A program made the position numbers and the translations under genes. A model generated the notes under the pieces. The model was given only the letters and a program-made list of their open reading frames with translations. It ran no database searches and had not been told where the DNA came from. A stretch of 64,000 nt of DNA from Dicyema japonicum (lineage: Eukaryota > Animalia > Dicyemida), in contig RDEW01000047.1 of NCBI GenBank assembly GCA_011109175.1, forward strand, positions 326,363-390,362, read 5' to 3'. Positions 40,052 through 52,760 of the stretch are shown one piece after another (position 1 is the first letter of the stretch; every line of letters starts with the position of its first letter).

Positions 40052-42990
40052 CGCGTGACAATAATTTCTCTTTTTTCTTTCTGATGGCGTCATTTTATCC
40101 ACCTTGCTAAGGAGACGCTCAACTGGCATTCATAAATATCTTTTTTAATTGATCTAAAGAACTAAAAACTAAAGCATTTTTGTGGTTGGTCGAATGGTTG
40201 CGTAACTAATCAAACTGGGGACATTTTAAAGAAAAGAGTTACACTGCCACATCCTACAAGGATGGACTGACAAGGACGGACTGTATCTGTGTGGGAACGT
40301 CGAATCAAACCCCGGACCCCTAAAGATCATGCAAATAAATATNAATCATTTTTGTGGTTGGTCGAATGCCACGTAACTAATCAAACTGGGGACATTTTAA
40401 AGAAAAGAGTTACACTGTCACATCCTACAAGGATGGACTGACAAGGACGGACTGTATCTGTGTGGGAACGTCGAATCAAACCCCGGACCCTTAAAGATCA
40501 TGTAAATAAATATAAACGGGATCAAATGTAAAATTATCGAAGTCAAACCTTATGGGAAATTATCGGATTGACGTCCTTCTATTACAAGAATCCAAACTCA
40601 TAAGTGCGAACACAACTCCAAAATTTCGTGGATACTCAGTTATTCGCAAAGATAGATGTGGAAAACTTGGGGGAGGCTTATTAACTATCATACGAAGCGG
40701 TATCCCTTATAAAGATATCAACAAATACATTTACAACCGCCCCCTAAACCATGACGTATCGAAGTTCTGGCCACAAAAATTCCAACTCCCAAGGTTACAT
40801 TTTACTCTGATCAATTCATATCTGCCCATTCATCATCAGCCACTTGCCCTAAACTTTCGTCGATCAGCTCACTAAAGAACGTTCTTCTTTGCGGTGACCT
40901 AAATACAAAACACCCGCTCTGGCTGAGACGTCAGACGTCAAACAGGCGGGGAGACATGCTAATCGAAGACTTGGGAATTTTTTGCATCTTAAACGACCCT
41001 GACTTTCACACAAGAACTTCCTCAAGACAAAATGATAAACCATCATCCGTTGACGTTTTAATCGTTTCTCCCCTTCTGGCCTCTTCAATTTCATGGAGCG
41101 TGAAAAACAAAACTATGAGAGATCATAGTTTCCTTACTTTGATAAATTATAACCTTGCTGACTGGCCAAGATTTGCGAGCTATATTGACATGCAGATTAA
41201 GTTATCAATACTACATGCTGCCTCATCACTAAACAACAGCATAAAGCAGTTCTCTTCGTTCATTCAAGAAGCCAGAAAATTATTTATTCCATGGGAGGAC
41301 AACCGACAATCAAGCAATTCAATTCAGTAGCCAAACATTTAGTTAAAGAAACTATTTAAAGAAAAATAACATACCGTCGAAGGAGGATATAATAAGAATT
41401 CGTACACTAAACAAGGAGATTAACAAATATATCAGTAAAACAAACGAGAAACGCTGGACAGAACTATCAAAAGCCCTAACAGAAAATTCCTCAGTACAGA
41501 AGGTCTGGAACAAAATCAAGTCTATCAAAAGGTCTTTTGATGAATCGCAAAATAGGATATCATTACAACCAAACACCTTAATGAAATACTATTCTTCCAT
41601 AGCACATTAATACCACTCCAAAGAAAACTAAGTACTCTTAAACAGAATAAAACCGAAAAGATCATACGTATGGACCATTGTTACGGTAAAGGACGTCCAT
41701 TGGGCAAGATCAAAGGTCCAAAACTCCAAAGCCCGAGGTAGACAATATTTCTACAACAGAACTATAGCATCTAGGACCTCTTGCTTTAGATTTAATTGCC
41801 TACATATTCACAATATCAATAAATATGAACACTATTCCGGATGTCTGGAAGAGATCATACATCAAACCGATCTTGAAANATTTAATTGATTACATATTCA
41901 CAGTATCAATAAATATGAACATTATTCCGGATGTCTGGAAGAGATCATACATCAAACCGATCTTGAAGCCAGGAAAATCCGAAAATGACCCCTTTTACTA
42001 CAGACTAATCTCGATCCTATGTTCACTTTCCCGAATACTCGAAAGATTAGTTCTTCAAAATATCAAAGACTACATCCCGTCTCTCCCTTCCAACTTGGAT
42101 TCCGGGCTAAACACTCCACAGCAACATACCTAACGTCTCTGTGCCAGTTTATTGCGGAGGGATTCAATTCCACTAAACCACACCAACGAACAGTCTTGGT
42201 CTCTGTGATATAACAAAGGCTTTCGACACTATCGCCAGTCCTTTTTAATCTCTACATAAGCGACATGCCACAAACCTGTATTGAAAACTGCTTAATCCTC
42301 TTTTATGCCGACGATATCATTCTTGCCTCCAAAAACAGAAACATTCAATCAGCGACTCATTCTGCTCAACAAATGCTTGACAAGCTGGAACTATTGCTCT
42401 CGAAGCATCAGCAACAAAGTCCTCTGTCACGTTGTTTACCACTTACAATAGAGAGACAGCAAAAATCTTTATGAAGAACTATTAACAAAACACCAAAGAT
42501 TCTGGGAGTCACTTTTATCCGACATGTTGAGAACATAGTAACTTTTGCTCTGAGGAAAATGAGAATTTTAAAAGTGCTCTCAAAAACACTTAGAGACCAA
42601 ATTGGTGGCCTTGTTACGATTTATAAACAATTTATCCGACCCACGATGACGTATACAAGTCCTTCGTGGGCAATGCAGATTTCACGATCCTCCTCATTGA
42701 AACTATCCGCAATCGAGGAGACCGAAATAAGGATAATTGGACCAGAACACAAAATCCAGCCCATTGAAAATTTTTTAATCGAATTACAGCGGAAACTCTT
42801 AAAGGAGTCCATACACTATCGAAATGTCTACAATCATACAGAAATTTTGAGCCGATGACATGTCTAATGAAAAGAGCTGTCCAGGATTCTCGACCCCACA
42901 GGACTCGCCCTCTTCCTTGTCTGTTTTGGATCACTTAGTTGAGAACCTTTTATTTCTTTTCTTTGACCCAGTGATCCTGGAGGTAATAAT
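40052..42990 (+). mobile_element. Near full-length Ingi/Vingi-like LINE: 5' fold, 2A peptide, APE, RT; decayed
   Basis: 5' GGCGTC..GACGCT fold (40086-40119); LYLCGNVESNPGP then LKIMQIN; LLQESK, GGGL, CGDLN, FYADD, PKILGVTF; family 3' end with TAA tail. Confidence 0.9.
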
Positions 42991-43478
42991 GATTTCTTAT
43001 TCCTTCATGTATATAGCTTAGATGTCAATGGGAGTACTCAAGCCCGCGGCCATTTAACGTCAATTCTTTTATAACAGTAACTCTCGGTTTTCTAAGAGCT
43101 TAAAATTTTTGAAAAAAATGTCTCAAACTACTAGTGGGTGAACACATTAATATTTCTAGATTTATGACAACATTATTTGCTTAGTCAAATAGCCTCTACA
43201 ATGACACCGACGGTCTATGAAGCATTAAGACGGAGATTGCAAACAGCAGTCGACATCAAATATAATCACTATGACGTCACAAAATCAAAGATATCACATC
43301 CCTACATCCACGATACCCTATGGACTAACATATCTCGCACAACAAAGCTTAAATACTTCCTTCTACCAGCTCAACACTACACATTGGGGAAATTCCATGG
43401 TAACCTAATCACCTTGGTAGCAGATATACTACCTAAATAGCACATACTTTGATTTCTAGCAAGTGAAGGTCTTAGAAT

Positions 43479-44486
43479 TCATTCTTTTTGAGAAGGCAAA
43501 CAAAAATAAAGGTTAAAATCAGAGTGAACCACCAAAAAACGAATAACTCTGTCGTCCAGAATGCCTAAAACTCACAAAAACAGCCACTTGCAACTACTCT
43601 TTTAGGGTTTGTCTGATAGAAGCTTAGAAACTGCATCAATCTCGAAATATCCACGCGGACTGACCCACTCCTATAGCGTCCACCACTCACATCCAAAAAT
43701 CCCCCTTCTCTCACAAACTACGCCAACCAGAATTGTCGAAAAAATCCAAATCCCCAAAACTAACAACCACGTGTCCGTCGACTCCACTTTCGGCCTCAAA
43801 ATACATCCTCCCGTCGTCCTTCACGGAAATCATCTATGATGAGACAAAATCAGACCACGTGTGCTGAAAAGCTCTTCATGTGATCCAATATTGTCCGAAC
43901 GTCCTTAATTTTTGGAAATTCGATACTCATCTACAAATAACATAGAATAAACGTCAAATTCTATCAAATCGGGTTCCTCGAAATCTTTCCACCTGTTTGG
44001 AGGAATGAGGGTCACAGGGATGTCGTGGACAACATTTCTAACTCCGTTTTCGGCGTTCTAAAGTAAAAAGTGAGTAAACCTTGAGCTCCTGTTCGGTGGA
44101 AAGACAGGTGGAATTGAGAGACGTGAGTTTTAGTTTTGTGATTCTGGCCTGTGTGCAGTGCTTGAGAGCTTGTTGCAGGTGGCCGAGGGAAATGTGGAAG
44201 TAAATTTCATTAAAGTCCCCAGTTATTCCCTCAAAAACGAATTCCTGGAAAATATTTTCCTGGAATGTCAAAATTTCACCTACAGTGGAAAGTTGAGACC
44301 AAAGACAGACGCCCCCAAAGACCAGACTATCTGAGATTATAAAGTAAAGGGAAGAATTGCTTAGTCTGAGAACGCACTTCTTGCTTATACTTTTCAGTGA
44401 ATGAATTAGTTCTAAATAAATGTGAAATATTTACTGTAAAACTGAATCCCACATGAAATATCTGTTATTTTGGCGCTAAACTTCAT
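43479..44486 (-). CDS. HUS1: Checkpoint clamp (9-1-1) subunit HUS1
   Basis: Spliced: MKFSAKITD..SKKCVLRL..GGVCLWSQL|ENIFQEFVFEG..NEIY..KLKLT..VVHDIPVTLIP..WKDFEEP..VDISRLMQFL..QTNPKR..FCLPSQKE*. About seven introns of 20-24 nt. Confidence 0.93.
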
Positions 44487-44556
44487 AATTTATTATTTTT
44501 TAAAACAAAGTTTAATATTTATACATGCAATAAATGATAAAATTTTCCTAATCTAA

Positions 44557-46316
44557 TTTAGAATCTCTCAAGGACAACTCTAGATTCTACGAGGCTGTGA
44601 AACAGATGAAAAGAAAGAGACCCGATAATAATAAGAGATGACAAAGGAACGCAGATTGTGGACCAAAGGGAAGTGGCGGAAATTATCGCTGCCCACTTTG
44701 GAAAACTTTTCAATCCAAGGAACGACACTTTCATTCTAGAACGAGGGAAAATGGACGAGGAAATCACACCATATGAAGTTGAACTTGCGAGTTCCAAGTT
44801 GAAAAACAACAGGACTCCTGACCCCGACGGACTCGGNGAAAATGGACGAGGAAATCACGCCATATGAAGTTGAACTTGCGAGTTCCAAGTTGAAAAACAA
44901 CAGGACTCCTGACCCCGACGGACTCGGTGGTGAATTCTCCATATATGGAACCCAAAAGCTGTATGAATGCATCGCTAGGATCCTGAATGAAATGTACTAT
45001 TATGGTCACATGCTGACCCTGAGAGAGGGTATCTTGATACCTATACAGAAGGCGAATAAACCAAGATCTAAGGTGGAGAACTTCCGTCCGGTCATATTAA
45101 TGAATTCACTTCGGAAAATTCTGGCGAACATAACATTACAAAGGATGGAAGGACGCTTAGATACTTTTCTGTCGCTATACCACAGCGGATTCCGAAAAGG
45201 AAGATCTACTTCCGATGTTTTGTGGTCCCACAAGTGGAGATCTGCGGCCGTTCAAAAGTTCAAAATGTCTACAACCATCTTGGAAAGTTTCCTAGACGCT
45301 TCCACTGTCAGAATGGCCACCACCCTCCTAGCTGATACTAAGCTCACTGTAAGAGTCGGAGGAGCCTTGTCTCGCCGACTTGAGACGAGTGTTGGCACTC
45401 CACAGGGAGACCCATTATCACCTATACTTTTTGTCATATACGTTGAAGCTGCTTTACGAGAGTCAAAACCGATAATTGGTGAAAAGACAAACATTAGTGT
45501 TGTATGCTGACTACGTAGACTTTATTTCAAACGACAAAATACCCCTCACCCGCTTGATGGAAGAAGTGTCTGGAAGACTAGCCGAATGGTTCCTAACAGT
45601 AAATCCGGACAAGACTGAGGTAACTGAACTCAAGAGGGAAAAAACAAGGACGGAGGAATACTGACGCAAGTGCAAAAAGCTTGGCTCTCTCCTAGGAGAC
45701 CATGAAGACATTACAAGAAGGAAAACCTTAGCACAAATTGCCCTCTCCAGACTGAAGAACACCTGGCTTCACAAAAAGGGCCTTTACATTATAACAAAAA
45801 CTCGATTATACAACTCGCTAGTGAAATCCATACTACTAAATAACGCTAGTACCTGGGCCTGCTCAAGAAATGAACTGAAGAGGCTTAATGCGTTTCATAG
45901 AGACCAACTACGGCATATGATGTTCGAAAGAAGTGATACGAGGATGTCATTTAATCTTTCTTATAAGAGGACGAAGACCTCAGAAATTTCTAATGAGATT
46001 CTGGATACACGTTGGAGACTTTTCGGCCATATTTTACGACTGGACCTAGATGTCCCCGCGAACGTAGCCATGGAAGATTACTTCATGTTGGAGGCCCCCC
46101 GCTTCCGTGATCGCCCAAGGACGACACTGGCAGTCGTTCTCGACGAGGACCTCAAAGAAATGGGACGGCATCTTGGAAGTGGAAAGGATCTTGACTGGTT
46201 GCGCACTGCGGCTTTGAATAGGAGGAAGTGGATGAAACTAACCAGTGATTTGCTAACTCGTGTTTACATGCTTTGTCAAGTCCTATGAAATAGCGATAAG
46301 TGCTTATAATAATAAT
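44557..46316 (+). mobile_element. 5'-truncated RTE-clade LINE (RT), pseudogenised
   Basis: PDPDGL, NFRPVIL, SGFRKGRST, GTPQGDPLSPILF, YADY, KKLGS, RWRLFGHILR; tail ataataataat. Confidence 0.9.
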
Positions 46317-46401
46317 CTAATTTAAGCTTTTCCTAAATAGAACCAGAATTTATTTAGGAAAATATAGCGATAAGATTATTTTCATGATTTAATGTTATCC
46401 G

Positions 46402-46708
46402 CGTGGCGCCATGTAATGTTAATTGGTTGAAGTTTTCTGCTTGCTTGTCTGTTCCTTCTCTCTCTTCCTATTAGAGTGGCGTCATGTGATCCACCTGTCT
46501 AGGTGACGCCCAGTGCCAGGCCGGCACAAAAAAGGATCATTTGCTCTTCCCCACTCCACTGGAGGGGTTTCCACAACTGCATGTAATGGACGTCTTACCT
46601 TTTATGCTAATTCCGGATGGACTCTGTTTCTGTAGAAGTGGAAACTGGATACACTTAATTAGTTGTTTACTTTAACTTCTTTCTCGGTGTATCCGGGGTT
46701 AATAATAA
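46402..46708 (+). mobile_element. Non-autonomous retroposon (SINE-like family A), cleanest copy
   Basis: CGTGGCGCCATG head, pyrimidine tract, pseudoknot fold 46478-46540, LINE-type 3' end, AATAATAA tail. Confidence 0.9.
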
Positions 46709-47459
46709 AAATAAAAAAATAAAAAATCAGAAAGTTGTGTATTAATGTTTGTAGCATAAGCGTCTAATCAGCCTGTTGTATGTGAATTGAGTCATCGCAG
46801 AGAATATATCGAATCTTTGTTTTGCATTTGTGTCTTAGTTGCCTTATAGTCGAAAAAGCTTGAGTTTCTGTCTCCACAGATGATGAATAATACTAGATAC
46901 TCTAGAATTATTTAAGTTTTTATCTATACCCACACCTTTCTGAGCATCTATGAGAATTCCTTGCTCACATCGATTCTGAAGACAGAACAAATCGATAAAT
47001 GACCCATCGTCCTACCGCCAACCAGTCTCTATAAAATTAAAATTGAAGGTTTTAGAAAGACTCATACTAACATTGATTTCCCCTGGTGAGGCTGGTCTAG
47101 GATTCGTCTCCAATTTTATCGCATACAACTTTAATACAAAAATCTCTTATGCACGGCTTTGGTGTCTTCAATATAAAAGCAAAAGTCCAACTAATAAATA
47201 TGATCTTTACGGTATTTATATTCAAACATATCAGATCCTTGGTGTCCATGGTGATGAAGATCGGTCAACAATGCCAATTAGAGAACTTGTTGGTAAGTCG
47301 AAGAGAGTAAGACTCTCTACTCATATATTGCAAAGTGCCATGGTTTATAGAAGGAAATACCCTCTTTACGATCTTTATTGGTTTGATAAAGCTGCTATCA
47401 TTACCCTTGATGTGGCGCTTTGATGATTTCATACATAAGTCAACGAAGTCTTGATCAAA

Positions 47460-47726
47460 GGACTTTCTCAATGTTGTTCACCTGGTGGAAGGTTTCACGC
47501 ATCTACAATGCAGAAAGGGTTTGACGAGTGACGCCGTCATCAGTGGAAACTCACTGCGGAACTGGATTGTCTAGAAAGGACCCACACACAAGAAAAATAA
47601 AATAAAAGTGAAGATCATTCCTTGGTTCTACGAGTAGCTAAAATTAACTGTTCTTTACTTAAATAAAGTGTGTGTCTTGCCTATGCGAAGTTATAAATAT
47701 TATGGCTCTCGTGAAAAGGCTATTAA
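47460..47726 (+). mobile_element. I-clade LINE 3' fragment
   Basis: Aligns with 17786-18035. Confidence 0.7.
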
Positions 47727-48230
47727 AAAACATTAAATCTCTCAAAGTTAATCGTCCTATCACTTGAAACAGATGAAACTAGAAATCAAATTAAAAGTCA
47801 ACTAATTGGTTCCTGTGGATGAAAATCAGTTTATTGACTAATCCGAGATAGCCTGATAATTTATACAAAATCTTAGTAGTTTAAGTATCCCAAACATATA
47901 CAAACTTATCTTACGTTCCTGCACTAACCATAGACTCGTCAGGTCATCATGAAACACTCAAAAGATAATAAATTATTTAATAATAACAAACGCCTTCATT
48001 ATCATCACTTAGACCGTAAAATATTCTTACAACAACAATCTCTTGGTTGTCTGAAAAAGTATCAGCTGTTGGGAGACTCAACTGCATTCCCCTTGCGAAT
48101 TTCCCTAATCTAAACAGATATACAACAAATATTATACTAATTTCTCTGTCTTCTCCACCAAAACAGATTAAAAAGGGGTTGCAGGTCCCTGCCTATTTCA
48201 ACCTCCCACTTGTTGGTCTGTGATCACTGA

Positions 48231-48355
48231 ATAATAACAGCAATTTCGTGAGAGCCATGATATTTTTAGCTTCGCATACACAAGAAAAAAAACTTTATCT
48301 TTAGAGTTAAGAACAGATATGCTAACTAATTGTTGAATAGAACCAAGGAAATTTC
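48231..48355 (-). mobile_element. I-clade LINE 3' UTR fragment
   Basis: Reverse complement matches 47617-47724. Confidence 0.65.
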
Positions 48356-48726
48356 AAACCTACTTTTTCTAATGTTTGCATGTGAACCCTATAGACAATT
48401 ACTTTTGATTGCGTCACTAGTCAAGCCAAGAAACTTCGTAGATTCGAACAGAAAGCATCTGAGTTTTGTCCTGAACTTGTGACACTGCGCCATTCTGGCG
48501 ATCAGTGAGTTAGCTAAGAACATTCCTTTCTTAACTTTCGATACTGTGGCAATAAATAATCTATATATCTGAAATTTCATAATTTAGACTTGTTAGAATA
48601 TACATTTCAATCAGTAATAACAAATTATCTTATGTCCAGTTTTTATGTTTTTCACTAATTTCCTTCAAAAAATTAGTTTAATTTCAACTATAATACAACT
48701 GTTTTGGCTTGCATTCAGTATAATAA

Positions 48727-51470
48727 CGTGGCGTCATGCGGTTCATCTGTTGTTGTGGTGGAGCTTAGTGCAAGTTCTGCATGGAAGATAACCGTTCGAC
48801 TTTCCCTACCTTTCTGCAATCTTCAGAAGGGTGGCCTACCAACTCTCCCGTTTTCTCTTTACTACTTCTGTCTGGTGATGTAGAACCTAATCTGAGACCC
48901 AACTGCACGTTGACTATTCTACAACTAAACGTAAATGAAATCCGCAATAAAGTATTGGATTACGATCCCTCCTATTCCATTTGAGAGTGGACATTGCCCT
49001 CATCCAAAAATCGAAGTTCTCTATAAAGTCCCCAACACCTTGTTTTCCTGGATATTGTGTACTTTGCAGGGACCGAACAAGAAGTCTCGGAGGAAGATTA
49101 TTGGCTATCGTTAAAGATGGGCTTAAATTCACGGATGTCACCCCTTCTGTATCTTCTTTCTGCGAAGGGGATCTTATTCTGGAACAGATTTCTATTGAAG
49201 TTCTTTTTTCTTCGACGAGATGTTATACATTATGTAATGTCTATATCTCGCCTCAGGGGTCATGTACTATTTCCTACATCCCCAACCTATTGAGCCTGGG
49301 TGGACTAGAGAATCTGCTACTATGCGGAGACCTAAACGCCAAACATCCACTCTGGCTCCGGACTCAATTAGCCGACAGTCGCCGCGAATACATCTTTTCC
49401 CTGCTCAATGATCTGACTATCCTTAATGATCCGGACACCCACACAAGGACCCCGTCCGCAGAAGGGACAGTCCAACATCCTCGGACCTGTCCCTCTGTTT
49501 TCCCTCTATGGCTGGATGTATTTCATCGTTATGGTTTCTCAAGCGACCATAACCCGATTGTGTTGAGACTTAAAAGGCCTATTTGTTCACCGTGTTGTTC
49601 TACAAAGTTTAAAAATTACTTGAAAGTTGACTGGCAAGGTTTCAGGACATATGTGGACATTAGTCTTCTTGACCTTACTATGGTTTATTGTACAGTAGAG
49701 AAGACGGCCAAGATTCTGTCCGCTATCATTCTGAAAGCTGATAAACTATTTATACCTGTCGCCTCTTACAAGAAGTTCAATCCAAGATTATCATCACAAA
49801 TTGTGTCACTCATCAAGAAACGAGATGCGCTGAAGAGGCAAAGAACACAGACCAATAACTCTTTCTACTCCATACGTTTACTGAATACCAAATTATCTGA
49901 GCTTATCCGAACTAACAACAGACTCAAATGGAGCTCCCTAGTTGGACGATTATGTCACAAAAAACTCTTGTGCCACTTTTTGGAAAATGCTAAGAAGGAT
50001 CAAAAGCCTTATCAATGAGAAAGACCGCGGAACTGAGGCCGTTACCNAAAAGCCTTATCAATGAGAAAGACCGCGGAACTGAGGCCGTTACCCGCAACGC
50101 TTCGGAACCCAGTCGCAAACTCGCAAACAAGATTATGAAGTACTACGTATCGATCAGCCATAAAAAGTTTTCTCGTTCTACATTTGTTGAACGGCGCCGG
50201 CCACAACAAGAACCATATTCCACCTTCTTCACCCCCGATGATGTTGACAAGGCTATTAAATTGCTATGTCCCACTAGTGCTTGTGGTCCCGATGGTATTT
50301 GCATTATTCACCTCAAACACCTTGGACCTCAGACACGGGCCATACTATCAAGACTGTACAATGACTCTATCAACTACCATACGCTACATAATATATGGAA
50401 AAACTCCCTGATTACGCCAATCCTAAACCCCAGAAAACCAAAAGACGTTCCCTCTTCTTACCGCCCCATCTCAATAATTTGTGTTTTATCAAAAGTACTG
50501 GAAAAGCTTGTGTTAATGCGCATCTTTCCTGTTCTACATCTACCAGAGTTTCAACATGGTTTCAGGGCAGACCGTTCTACAACGACTCATTTGGGTTCTA
50601 TCTCCCAGTTTATTACTGACGGCTTCAACATGAGAACACACTTACGGACGGCCTTAGTATCCATCGACATACAGAAGGCTTTTGATTCTGTTCCGAGGAA
50701 ACTCCTAACGCATAAGATTTTTAACTCGAACTTACACCCGAACATCAAGCTATGGCTGGAAAATTTCTTAACTGAACGACGCGGAAGGGTCCGGATCGAC
50801 AAAACCACTTCAAAATCAAGACTACTCCCTAATGGGGATCTGCAAGGCTCCCCTTTATCTCCTCTCCTTTTAAACCTATTTCTACATGACCTACTTACTA
50901 CTAATGACCAGGACACTATGTTTATATCCTATGCGAACGACCTAATTATCGCTACAAGAGATAAATCTCCTTCCATGATAGTAGCAACTGTTCAGACACA
51001 CCTAAACCGAATTTGTGACTGGCTATCTGCAAATATGTTAGTGTATCAGGATCCATGTCTCAGTTCACATTATTCACTACGGACAGAAGGTTTAATTGTG
51101 GGCCTGAGATATCCATCGGAAATATTCCCATCCCTTCTACGCGGATCTAGAAGATCCTTGGTGTAGTTTTTAACTCTTTGTTGACGTTCTCGAGTCACGT
51201 GGAGGAGGTGCTTGCCAAGGGTCTTCGGAAAAAGAACATTCTGAATGCGATGATAAAGAAGAGCCTTTTCCCCAGGCCGCTTGCGTCAGCAAGGTCTATC
51301 AACAAGTCATCGTACCAACCATTGAATATGCCTGCTCCGCCTGGAGGTTTGCGATTCCCCTTTCGAGAGTGGACCGTTTGAACTCCCTCAGGCAAGAATT
51401 ATGCACCACACGGACATCCCTATTGGCGACGTTGAAAAATGGCCAGGGTTTCCTAAGTTCCTGCAAGGAA
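48727..51470 (+). mobile_element. Ingi/Vingi-like LINE: 5' fold, 2A peptide, APE, RT; 3' end missing
   Basis: Fold 48730-48795; LLLLSGDVEPNLRP then LTILQLNVN; CGDLNAKHPLW, SSDHNPI, SYRPIS, QHGFR, IDIQKAFDSV, QGSPLSP, SYAND. Confidence 0.92.
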
Positions 51471-51639
51471 TTGCGCTAGCGACATAATACGTCACCTGCA
51501 TAATCTAGACTCATCATTTCTGGAATGTCGGATAAAAACAAGTTGAACAATGCAGGGGACAGTGGAGATCCTTGAGGTACACAGCTCGGTAATAGGCGAG
51601 ATGTTTAATTATGACTGCTTCACCATACTCCCCACGTCG

Positions 51640-52760
51640 TCAGGAAAGAAAATCGCTCAGCCAAGGTTTTACATTCGGATTAATAGAAGTCTCAAAAACC
51701 TTTTTTGTTAACAGAGGCCTTGAGATCGAGTCGAATGCTTTTTGAATGTCCACGGAGAGCAAGACTATTCGCATATAGGTTTTTGATGTGTTGAAACCAT
51801 CGGTGATAATTGGGAGACAAATCCTAGATGCGTCGTAGTTGAGCGACCTTGTTCGAAGCCATGTTGGAAAGCAGGTGACAGAAGATCCCGGAAAATTATT
51901 TTTAGAACAAACTTTTCCGACATTTGGACATTGTGAATGTATGAGAGGGAGATCGGGCGGACGAAGCAGAATCATCTTTTGGCTTTTTTGTTTTCAGCAT
52001 AGGTCGGATCAAGGGATTCTTCCAGATATTTAAAAGAACATGTGTGCTGATAGAATAACTGTAAAAGTCCGTTAATACAACCTTGGCACGTAGTCCAAGA
52101 TGTTTAAGTTTGATCATCGGGGTCAAGGGCAAATGGAATCACGTGCAGTAAAGTACTAGAATCACCAACCTCAACATGTTTGAAAAGGTAATTGTGAGTG
52201 TGAGTTTTGGATTGCAGTACCCCATCCGTACGGAACGATCGAAGTCCTTGTGGCTTATGAGGACGTAGTGTTTTATTAGTTTATTCACGTGATCTTAGGT
52301 AGATTGTAGGTAGATTGTCGGAGACAGGACTGCCTCCTCATTGATATGACTGTTGATACTTCATAGCGTTTTCCATTTCGATGGCGAAAAGGATATGCTA
52401 CAGAGATCTGTTCCAAGGTATCAAACCCCTTCACCGTGAATACAATTCGGCTCCTGATAATTGTTGAAAGTCCTCCACCGCATTCACCATGTCCTTTCAA
52501 ATAATGCGGACTCGTAAGGTACAATCCGTATTAGACTGTTCCAAGGTATCAAACCCCTTCACCGTGAATACAATTCGGCTCCTGATAATTGTTGAAAGTC
52601 CTCCACCGCATTCACCATGTCCTTTCAAATAATGCGGACTCGTAAGGTACAATCCGTATTAGAGCACACCAGAGTCCAGATCAAGGTGAACAGTGTTGTC
52701 CAACTTGAGGTTGCGGGCAAAGATGAGGTCGCTGTTAGACTGCGTCGGGATCATGTGATA
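51640..52760 (-). mobile_element. Decayed Ingi/Vingi-like LINE fragments
   Basis: GGGLSTII..LEQISV; LKHLG; VDIQKAFDSI. Confidence 0.75.
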
